Origin: Jimgerdemannia flammicorona
Taxonomy: Eukaryota
Length of the DNA: 47,246 nucleotides
Reading direction: 5' to 3'
Assembly (NCBI GenBank): GCA_003990765.1
Contig: RBNJ01000047.1
Coordinates: 1 to 47,246 of the forward strand
Shown piece by piece: positions 1-10,300 of the stretch (its first letter is position 1; each line of letters starts with the position of its first letter). The position numbers were made by a program, and so were the translations under genes. The notes below the pieces were generated by a model, which had not been told where the DNA came from, ran no database searches, and saw only the letters and a program-made list of their open reading frames with translations.

Positions 1-273
1 ATTTCTGACTATGAGAAAAATCTCACCAGTGTAATCTGGGTCAATTACTCCTCCTTCAACTGAGATTTCACTTTTGGCCAGACTGCTCCTGGTCTTGATA
101 ATTCCGGCATGGTTTTCTGGCAGCTTGACTCCAATTCCAGTGCCAAGTAGAGTGGTGGTCTGTAGTTCAAGGGTAGCATCTTGGATGCTGGCAAGGTCCA
201 TTCCTATGGCTCCTTCAGTCTTGTATTCTGGGATCTTGGCTTCAGGGTGAAACTTCTTGACCTTGAGGGTGAT
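1..273 (-). CDS. dut: dUTPase domain of family A polyprotein (partial)
   Basis: Manual translation: ITLKVKKFHPEAKIPEYKTEGAIGMDL...GTGIGVKLP...KTRSSLAKSEISVEGGVIDPDYTGEI, matching trimeric dUTPase motifs 1-3. Confidence 0.92.
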   Translation of the reverse strand, partial: MTLKVKKFHPEAKIPEYKTEGAIGMDLASIQDATLELQTTTLLGTGIGVKLPENHAGIIKTRSSLAKSEISVEGGVIDPDYTGEIFLIVRN

Positions 274-2370
274 GTCTGGTTCTTGTTCCTCCTCATCATC
301 ACTATCAGCTTGAAGCTCTGGGGGCTGGTCATCTTCTTCAGCTTTCTTTTTTGCTTCGGTGGCTTCTTGCTCATGTTTCTGTTGGTGGATTTTCCTGACT
401 TCGCTGATGCAGGACCAGCAGTCATTCAGGTGTTCGGAGCAGTACATCCTAGTACCATGGGGGCATCTTCCTTGAGGGGCATAGCTGTCAATGATCTTGT
501 TGTACCACTGCTCATCTGTGAGCTTGGGTGTCTTGTTCTTGTTCTTGTTCTTGTTCACCGAGTGCATGAAGACCTCTATGTCTTCCTCATCTCCTTCCTC
601 CATGTCTGGCAGGACTCCTTTGTGGACATTGATAGAAACTCATACCTTTCTCCCTCTGTAGTTGATCTGCATCTTCTGGGCATTGAGATCAATGATGGCC
701 TTGGCCTTGTGAAGCCATTGATTGCCAATGAGGATGTCATAGTTGGTGGTGCTTGTAACAATCATGTCTACTGGAATGGTAGCTCCTCCTATCTTGATGG
801 GGACTTCTTGGATTTTGCCAAGGGGGGTAGCTCGTGTACCGTCTGCTGTGATATAGACTATCTTGGTGGACTCTTCAATGTCCCAACCTAGGCGATCAAT
901 TGCCTTCTTGCTCATGAGGCATCCTCCAGCACCAGTATCAATAATGGCATCAAAGATACAGTCTTCAATCTGGCAGGGAGTATAGGCTGATGTCTTGTGC
1001 TGGTCTTCGGATTCTTCACCTGAGTTCTCAGATTCTTCTTGTGCATTGTGAGCTTCTACAATCTTGTACTCTTGATTCTTGACAGTGGTTGCAAGTCTTA
1101 CTCTCAACTGCTGTCTGAATGCAGGGACTTCAGCTAGCTGCCCAAAAGTGGCATTGACCTTCTGTTCCTCGAGGTTCTTGTAGATGTCATACTGGTGGAT
1201 CTTGGTCTTGTGCAGCTTCTGTTTCTTCTTGCTCTTGCTTTCTCCTGAGACTGGAGTAGTGCCTTCGATAATTTGGCGGGCAGCCTCATCTAACTCCATA
1301 TCTTGATCAATCTCCTTGTATTGGGTCTTACTTTGGATAGTGACAGCTGGAGTCTTCTTTGGTCTTCCAACTGGCTTGCTGTTGCTCTTCTTGTCATAGG
1401 GCTTGGACCGGGTTCTGGTACCTTGAGTAGCAGGGTAGAATTCAAGCTCCTCGTAGTATTGTTCATCATCAGTGTCACTGATCTCCTCGATGACTACTGT
1501 ATTGGTTTGTTCTCTGGTTCTGCTAGCATTGCTTGGTTGGGCTTTGCGTCTTATTTTGGTCATGCAATTCTTTGCATAGTGGCCTTCTTCTCTACATCTG
1601 AAGCATGTGATGTTATTGCATTCTTCTGTAGCAGCTGCAAATCTTTGCACTGGTCTCCTGTTGGCACTTCGGACTTCTCTAACAACATCACCAAGGTGTG
1701 CTGTCATCTTGGCAAACTGCTTGGCAAGTTCTTCCACTGGGTCAGCTTTGGCTGTCTTTGGGATAAGTGGGGTTGGTTGTCTATTTACAACTGTGGTAGG
1801 TAAGATACTAGTTGGCTTTGATGGCTCCATCTTGATGCCAGTTATTTTCTCCATTAAGTGTTCAGCAGGGTGTCTGGCAGTCCAATATCTCTGTGCAAAG
1901 ACCACTTTCTGATCAAGGGTCAGTGCAGCTGGGGTAGACCGGATTGCTAGGGCAATTTCAGGGTGAACTCCTTTGAGGAAGGTTGAATCCGCTATTTGTT
2001 CCTTGAGGTGGTCATCATAGCCAGCCAAGACAATCTGGTGGCAGATTCGGATATAGAATGAATTGGGATCTTCACTAAGTCCCTGACAGATAGTATTGAG
2101 TTGATCCTTGAGAGCTTGCTTAATCTCTTCAGTATAATATATTGTTCTGAGGAAGGCCTTCATGTTGGCAAGTTTGGCTACACCAGTATTGGCAATGGTG
2201 GCTGCATTGAACTTATCTCTGGCAGGTCCTCTGAGGCTGACTGGTAGAAGGGCCAATTGAGCATCCACACCAAGAGCTTGTACAGCGGCAAATTGTTCAA
2301 AGTCTTCAATGAAGGTCAGGATTGACTCTTCAGTAGTATATCCATAGAATGTGGGGGGACGCATTTCCAT
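1..2370 (-). CDS. Gag-protease-dUTPase polyprotein in a single frame, one in-frame TGA at 640-642, truncated by window edge
   Basis: ORF 640..2370 has CFRCREEGHYAKNC and AIIDTGAGGC...DILIGNQWL. The frame stays open past the TGA to base 1 (VSINVHKG...GMDLAS...GVIDPDYTGEIFLIVRN). Confidence 0.9.
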
Positions 2371-2471
2371 CTTATCTTGAATTCTTGCAGGGGGTGACTC
2401 TTGTAGTCAGGGTAGTTGTTGTGGGGGTTGTTCATTTTTCAGCTTGAAAGTGAGGGATTCGTCTTGAATCA

Positions 2472-2488
2472 CCAGCCAATGGGCACCA
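2472..2488 (-). promoter_or_regulatory. Primer binding site of A1
   Basis: TGGTGCCCATTGGCTGG begins 3 nt after the LTR end. A2 has TGGTACTTATTGGCTGG in the same position (31866-31882). tRNA identity not assigned. Confidence 0.7.
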
Positions 2489-2698
2489 AGTTGTTATGTA
2501 GTGGTCACTGAGTCCTTCAAATATGCCAGATTCTCTTCAAGGTGTATCTCTTAGACTAACTCAAGTTTGTTATAAGCAAGTTCTTATTGGAGTGCCTTCC
2601 CAAGGTCTTATAGTCCTCAAACTTCTTATCTTTAACTGTCTTGTTATCTCTTAGATTGCTCACAAGGAAGTGTGTGTATTGCACTGAGAGAAACTGAC

Positions 2699-2731
2699 TT
2701 TATTTCAGAGGAAATAAGAGAGGTATTTATA
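2699..2731 (-). promoter_or_regulatory. LTR TATA box (TATAAATA, 2724-2731) and poly(A) signal (AATAAA, 2699-2704)
   Basis: Canonical U3/R arrangement, conserved in the A2 LTR near 31624-31656. Confidence 0.7.
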
Positions 2732-2915
2732 CAAAATATAATTCAATGGTTGCTAAGATATAAAGCTAAATATAAATTCCAATAACTAAAACTACTAAGT
2801 TCCAGGACTGGCATTATTTAGTGTCACATCAAAATACCAGTACTGGAACAATTTCGTGTCACCTCAGTGTTACATGAGAAAACCAGTGCTGGCATTATCC
2901 AGTGTAACAAAGAAC

Positions 2916-3773
2916 TTAGAGCAGAAAGTTCAGGATCATGGGAGCTTCATCATCATCATCATCATCATCACTGAAGGAGATGAGGTCCGCGAATTCGTCA
3001 TGTAGGTCGCGCGTTTCGCGTACTTCGCATGCCTCGTCACGCGGTTCGCGTGCTTCGGGTATGTCGCGCGGGATGACGTCATCGATGACGTCATCACGTT
3101 CGGCTGTGGCGGGGAAATCGGGAACAAGGTCTGGAGCTCTCCAGTCTATGAGGTTCTCTTCCACAAAATAGGGGACAAATGTGGGGTCTTGGGGAGATCA
3201 AACTCGGATGCTTGGGCCTTGGAATACTGAGATCAATCCTTGCAGGAATTGGTCTGGGTTGTCCTGAAGGATAGAGTGCCAAAAGTCTTCTACTTCTTCA
3301 CTGTTGAGGGTGATGGTGGACTGGGCTTCTGTAGCTACCCTGGCTTCTAGTGCATTGATATGGTGGGATGACAGGTCTCTGAAGTCTGAGACTCTAACAT
3401 ACTCTAAGTTGGGGATCGACCATGGTGCATGCCTGAAGATCTGATGGATCTTCTTTGCTGTCCTTGCCTCACGTAGGTCCATGGGGGTGGTATCTTGTAG
3501 CTCTTGAGGGCTGGCCTGTGGGAACTCCCAGCAGAGGAGGTTTCCTATTTCGTACTCCTGCCACATTTGGAGGCATTTGGTGGTGATGGTGATCCTTATT
3601 TCCATTTCACGGTGATAGAGGATAAAGTGATAAGGGTCTGCAGTATCCAGATTGACGCTAGGAGTCCTTCTTGAGTGGGTCCTCATGGCTCTTCTGATGT
3701 CTTGGAATATCCTTTCCTCGACCGAGATACCTTGATGATTCCTTGACCTTGAGGTTTGGCAGGCAGCAGGCAT
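2916..3773 (-). CDS. LTR-encoded ~285-aa protein of unknown function, acidic C-terminus, one TGA at 3198-3200
   Basis: ORFs 3198..3773 and 2916..3164 are in the same frame. A2 has AGA (Arg) at the TGA position. Upstream TATAAAAG at 3849-3856 and CAAAATG start context. Homologues in the A2 and G LTRs. Confidence 0.8.
3072..3095. promoter_or_regulatory. Perfect 24-bp palindrome, 2x GATGACGTCATC (two CRE-type TGACGTCA sites), inside a CpG cluster
   Basis: Sequence read directly; regulatory function is inference. Confidence 0.55.
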
Positions 3774-4011
3774 TTTGTTTGTGGTAAGTCTTTGAGCTAT
3801 TTTGGAATTGGTGGTTCTTGTTGCTGCTACTATGGTTCCTTGATCCTTCTTTTATATTCTTCAGGATACTTGTACTGTGGTCACAATGACTCACAGTTGG
3901 TCATCATTGCTCATCTCATATGTTATATGATCTTCTTGTACTCTGATCTGGTAGCTTGTAAAGAAAGACTGTCTCCTGTGCTGATGTCATCATTCTGGGG
4001 TCACTGTTACA

Positions 4012-5009
4012 CTATATATACAATATATATATATACAAATATACAAATATAAATATATATCCCTTACTCTGTAATGTAGCTAAATTTGATTACAAAAAAA
4101 ACTACTAAAAAAATATTATAAAAATCAAAAGAAAATCAAAAAAATTAAAATACAAACAAAAAAATCTAATTTTTTTTTTTTCAACTTTTATAACTTTTTT
4201 CAATTTTTTTTTTTTTTTATAATTTTATACTCAATATCAAGTCCAAAAAAAAAAATCACTATATTATTTTACAGAATAAGAGATATACAAATATATAAAC
4301 ACATATATGTATATATCAACAGATCAGTTTTTAATAGTTTATAATACTAATGATATTTCTTGTCAAACATCCTTGATAGTTCTATACTTTCCATATAATT
4401 CTCATTCTGAAATCTGGTAAAATTGTACCAAAACTAGAGATAATGTTATATATAATTAATGCAGATAAAAAATTAAAAAAAGAAGATATATTTATAATAT
4501 AACTAATACTTTTATTTAATATATACATGATATTGTTTTTATCAACCTCTTATATTATACAGCCAGAAGTTCAAAATGCTTATTTGAATATATATCAACA
4601 TATAAAAGACAAATACTCTAACAAAATAAAAAAGAATACAAAATAAATAAAATCAATATCTAAGCTATAGTGGGTATATTTATCTGATTGCCCAAACATT
4701 TCTATATCAACAACCCTATTTAATAAAAAATATTTTGCTATATTCTTTTACAGAATTTGAAAATTGACTTATTTACTAATTATATATATAGATTGACCAT
4801 TTACAATCATCAAGAGTGACTAATTATATAGTATCTTTGATGTCCTCAAGTATGATTTATATCTGCTAAGTACCAATATTATTCACAAATATATCCTGAA
4901 GACCTATAGAATAGAGTACAATAATTTTTGTCAAATACTTCAAATGAAATAAATAAATAAGAACAATATCATAACTATTGTAAGCTAAATTATATATATA
5001 TATATATAT
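4012..5009. other. Very AT-rich spacer with poly(A)/poly(T) runs and (TA)n at both ends
   Basis: Low complexity, no recognisable domain. Confidence 0.6.
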
Positions 5010-5546
5010 TGTAATGATATCTTTGAAACTAGTGATATCAGAATCTGAAGACTGCTTAGACTTAGCAAGTTACTAGTTATAAGTTATGACTCAACTATAA
5101 CTCATCTTGATTATAAGATGATCTGCAACTGAACTCATAATGACTCATAATGATCCCAGCAGTATACTACAAATCAGATAACTCTATACTCTAGATTGAA
5201 GGAGTAGCCCCTCAAGATATAAAAGAAGCATCAAGAGAAGGAGGATAAGGCATTAATTACAAAGCTCACTATAAAACAAGATGTCTGCTACCTGTCAAAC
5301 AGTAAGATCAAGACACCACTCAGGTCCATCAGTTTAAGAATAAATGTTCACTGATATCAAAAGAGCATATAAGAAGAATCCCTAGTCTGAACCTCTATAC
5401 AAGAGATCTCTACTACTACACCCTCAACTACCAGAAGAATTATTACTGCCACTGAGTACCTCTGGATATAGCAAGATATAAAATAGAACATCACCTCTGC
5501 CAGAAGTTCTTACAGGCCAGCTCTTAAGAAATTGAAGACACTATAT

Positions 5547-6768
5547 TGTAATAAACCAAAATGTACTATCTGAATTATAACTTAGCCAGATGATGTGAAT
5601 AATTAGCATACTTCTAGCATGATGTGATATCTAATATATCATAGTTACTCATGACTGCTATACTTATAATTAGCTGGGATACCAGACCAGGGTTGTTTAT
5701 CTGTGCCCTAAGGATATACTTATGTCCTCCAGACACACTCATGTCCTGCAGATACACTCATGTCCTGTGGACACCTGTACTCAGAGAATACACCCAAACA
5801 TTACCAGAAGTAGCAAATCTATAGTTAGCCACATAATAACCAGATAGCAACAAACATATATAAAATACTCCAGAGATAAGAGTAAATAAACCTCAGTCTG
5901 AAAAGTCTGAATTCAAAAGCAAAAGACAAGTCTGCCTATTATACTTCAAGGGATACACCTGCCAAAAGCCACTTGATCCAGAAAGGATTGAAACACTTAG
6001 GAGAAATGTCTGCTCTAAAGCCACTACTAGGAGATTGTGAGCATTAGTTCTCCTTTTCCACTCTAGTCCACTTTCTGATACTAAGAAGAGTTTGTTACAT
6101 TTTTGGTTCACTTGCCAGATAAGCCTGAAGAATCCGAGTTATTTTTCAGTTGAAGCCACTGATTTAGGAAGAATCTGCATCCTCCACTATTTTCAAGTTA
6201 TCTATATTCCCAGTTGAAGCTGCTGATTCAGGAAGAATCTGTGACATCTGAGTTAATCATTATTCCCAGTGAGCTCAAGAAAAATCTGCTGCCAGTATTA
6301 TTCCCAGAAGAAGAATCCACACCATACAACTCCTAGTGAGCCAAATCAAGTTGTCTGCCAAAACTGCATAAGGAATATTGCCAAGATCATCCTGCATAAG
6401 GAATTCATCATACTATACCCAGACTGTCACACATAGAGATTGTCATACTACACAAGAGATCATTACCCAGAAATTGTATACTTTTGGAGATCATGATACA
6501 TACAAATTTCTACCAATTCCCAGTTGACCCAAGAAGGAAATCCATTTACACACAAATTGCCACTACACCCAGAGAACCATCCCAATTAGGAAATCAACAT
6601 ACAAATCACTTGCTGATATCCAGCTTTGACTATTATACCACTAAACACCAAGACCTCAGGAATCTTAGAACATTTTTGTTGCTTTTTGACAAAGTAACTA
6701 GGGGCTCAAGCCAAACTACATCAACCCCCAACCTTATAATTTGCCTCTATTGAGCCAGACATATTACA
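5547..6768 (+). repeat. 5' LTR of B (1222 bp)
   Basis: Direct repeat of 14326-15639; TATAAAA 5859, AATAAA 5885; internal tandem units. Confidence 0.95.
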
Positions 6769-7325
6769 TTTGGAGGCTTAACTGGGAAGATTTCAAGTTG
6801 ATGTAACTTTTCAACTCATAAGAACTCATAGTCAAACTGGATACATTTGATACAAAACCAATCTCTGTCACCACAGAAGAACCAGTTATTACTAGTATCT
6901 ATATAGGAAGAGAAGTAATCACATCAAGACTTGCCAACTACCTAGCATTAGAAGGATTCCAACCAGAACCAGAAAGTAGTACAGCCTGAAATCCCCAACC
7001 AGATCAACCAGACAACACAGGTGGCCCTGTTGGAGATTTTGAGGAACTTGTACAAGAATTAGAAGATCTTATTATATAAGTCCAAGACCTTACAGCCAGA
7101 CATCCCATACCAGTTCCATCAATCTCATCAATAGAACCTTTAACACAAGCTCTTACAGAATTGGAAATAGCTCCTATAAGAATACCTAGGCTCATTTTAC
7201 TTTGTCTAAGGTCCAGAACAACATCCTCAGGATACCCAAGCACCCCCATCTCCAGTGATACCTCTGAAAGTGAATCAGAATCAGAATCTGGACCAGAACC
7301 AGAATCAGAAGAAAGTGATGACAAA

Positions 7326-10300
7326 ATGGCCACCTCATTGCCAACCTTTGCAGGATACCCAGAGGAAGACCCCAGAGAATTCCTTGATGGAATTGAAGGA
7401 ATCACAGCCCTGAGAAATCTCTCAGATAAAAGAAAAATCACCATCTACAAGGCTCAGCTCAGAGAACCAGTTGGAGGAATTTTCCACCAAATAGCAGATA
7501 ACTCTGATTCAGAATTGGCGAGACAGATATGTACAAGCAGCAATGTCTTATAAGCTAGAATATGTGGCCATGGTCCACTGGCTTATTGAAAAGTATGCAG
7601 AAAATGAAACCCACCATAAGGCTCAAGAATCCATCATGGGGATGAAGATGAATCTTAGAGAATCACCCAGAGCCTTCTTTACAAGAATCCAGAAGAGAAT
7701 GCATGCTGTTGGGTTCAATGCTACTAACCAGGACATCATAGGTCCAATGACCTTCATGAACAGAATTCCCCTGAACATTGCCCAGCATGTCCATACTCTA
7801 GGCATCAGAAGGTCTGAAGAGCAAGTAGATACAGCCTAAGAATTCTTTGATGTCAGACAAAGAACTACCTGAAGTGATCATGACAAGAAAGAAGATAAAG
7901 TAGACATCCTGGTCAAAGCCCTGTAAGGACTCCTTTAAGGACAAGAAAGATCTGAAGATAGAAGGCCAGCCAAAGAAGGAAAGAAGGACAGAAGCAAAAT
8001 CCAAGACCTCAGCTCCAAGTTGGACTGATAGGTTGGACAAATTGAAAAACTCACCACATGCAAAAATCAGAGCTACCAAGACAACAGAGGATACCCACCA
8101 CAGAGTAGCCAAGGTTATCTACCAAGAGATAATAGGAATTACCAGCAAGAGGAAAGAAGGTACCCTGTCTGAGATAGAGCATAAGTCCAATGCTTTCACT
8201 GTAGACAGTTGGGACACTATGCCACTGAATGTGACAACAAAAGAAGTGACTGAAGGGACTCAGAACCACCAAACTAAAGAAATGACACTCAGTACAAGAA
8301 GACTGAAGCCCATCCTGTTGAAGTTTTCAAAGAAGCAAGCAACAGTGAAGACTACAGTGATCTAGACTTATACCCTACCAAGGTTACTATCTGAAAAACA
8401 GTCTACCCAGTAGAGAAGAGGAAGAGACCTGTTGGAAGGCCATCTAGGAACATCAGTAGAAGAATCATCCAAGAAGAAGACAAAGAGCATGAGGAGGAGC
8501 AGGTAGAAATATCTCTCTGAACTCTCTCACCATTTGTTCTCGAAACAAATGAGCTGCCACTAGAAGATGAAGAAATAGAACAAGAAGAATGGGAATCTGC
8601 TACTTCAAAGCCCAAGAAGAAGTACACCCCAAAGACCATGTCTAGAGACATTTACAATGAAGCCTGGCAGAAGATTCAAGAGGCCAAGATGGAAGTCTCC
8701 CTCCTGCAGTTCCTGCAACTGACACCAGCTGGAGTCTGAAACAAACTGCTGAGAACCACCAGGTCCAGCACTGGCCAAGTTCCAATCCCATAGCAAGAAC
8801 CAGTTTCTATCCCTGTCCAAGCAGTTGAAAGACATATCAGCATCTATCTACATGGAGATATTGGAGGACAAAAGGTGAAAATCCTCATAGATACAGGAGC
8901 AGCTATCTGTATCATTGCCAAATGATTCCTGGACACCCTCCAATGGCCCATTGATGGACCATCCAATCTCAGTATCATAGTAGCAGATAGAGCCCGAACT
9001 CAACCCCTTGGAGAAATATGAAATATCACCATTTCCCTGGGACACATTCAGTTTCCTATTCCCAAAGCTGTTGTCACTGAAGCTGTAATCTATGATATGA
9101 TCCTTGGCACCAACTGGATGAAGGAAATGAATACAGTTATTGATATCAGCCAACAAGTACTCAAGTTTGACTACTGAGGCAAGAAGTACAGAGTTAAGGT
9201 GACTAGCTATGAGCAATCAAAGAAGAAGAAGAAGGTCACCATCTAAGAAGAATATGCCAGCAGTGAAGAATCTACCACAGAAGAAGAGGAAGAATCTGAA
9301 GATGGAAATGATCTCAAACTCAACCCCCAAATTAACCTGGTGGATGACAGACCAGAAGACAATGTGTGGGCCAAGAACACTATCCCTATCACCATTGGAG
9401 CCATTGCAGGAGAAATCAAAGAATGCCCCACCTGCCTCAAGAGACACAAGTGCCCCAAGCACTCTTCCAAAATCATTGGGATAAGGAATTCGCCTGGCAC
9501 AGCCTGCCCTGAGTGCAGAAGGAAGAAGAAGAAATGCAGACATGTTCCAGAAACACCTGCAACCAAAGCTGCAGAAGTGTAAGCAATTTGGGGACAAGAA
9601 TCATCTGAGGAAGAAGAAGTTTCTGACCAAGAAGTTCCTAAAGGAGAAGCACCTGAAGAAGAAGAGGTTCCTGAACTCTTCCCTGGGATGACTCTCACTG
9701 GACACCACTTGAAGATAATGACCCTTGGAATATGGAAGAAGGATCCAGCACAATCACCATTATCTCCAAGAAAAAGGCCTTTTAGTTAGAAAGATGTCTC
9801 CACCAAATGGTCTTCCACTCTCCCCAAAACTACTTCTATCAGTGCCATCTATTAGACCAATAGGAGAGACAGAGACCCCAGAGACCAGAACCCCTGAACA
9901 CAGTTGCACAGTCATCTATCTTCCAAGAAGTTACCATCAAGCTGCAAAGTCAATTCAGAGGACAAGGTCTCTTCACCCAGACAGAAGTCTACCCCTGTCT
10001 ACTTTTCCACCAACTTATGACTAAGATGGATACTGATTCCCAAGACAACAACAGATCAACAACTGGGAATATCATTTCTAAGCAATGGGATATTGTAACC
10101 ATGGAAGACACCCAGACTACCAAGATTGCAGACACCAGAAGATTCACCTCAGTCATGATGTTGCAATTCATACCTTGAAGAGAGGAGATGACAGAAGCCA
10201 GATCCAAAAAAGTCAGACCAAGAAGCCAGGAAAAAGGATCCTCAAGATCTATGATTTAGGAGAAGACATCCTAGCTCTCATTAGACATGCAACCTGCTAA

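Larger units (their letters stand above)
1..4011 (-). mobile_element. Ty3/Gypsy LTR retrotransposon, family A copy 1 (5' LTR, PBS, gag-PR-dUTPase; runs off window start)
   Basis: LTR termini on minus strand TGTAACAG (4011) ... CATAACA (2492), adjacent TGG-type PBS, gag with CCHC knuckle, protease DTGA, dUTPase. Colinear with the second copy starting at 30268. Confidence 0.95.
2492..4011 (-). repeat. ~1.52 kb 5' LTR of A1, containing an ORF
   Basis: TG...CA ends; same boundaries as the A2 copy (30268-31862) despite unrelated flanks; TATAAATA and AATAAA in its 3' part. The partner 3' LTR is not in the window. Confidence 0.8.

Noticed and set aside
181-1912. Plus-strand ORFs (181..891, 1303..1803, 1607..1912) and similar hydrophobic or Ser/Pro-rich ORFs antisense to the other elements, as genes
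   Set aside because: They are shadow frames of purine-rich TE coding strands with no domain motifs.
2948-2970. (CAT)n microsatellite as an independent feature
   Set aside because: It encodes the poly-Asp run of the LTR ORF on the minus strand.
3658-3894. 78-aa ORF of equal length in both A LTRs (also 30399..30635)
   Set aside because: It spans the putative TATA box, starts with GTG in A1, overlaps the better-conserved ORF out of frame, and is not evident in G.
4300-4970. Decayed gene or TE in the AT-rich spacer
   Set aside because: Only short open stretches with no recognisable motif; cannot be supported by eye.
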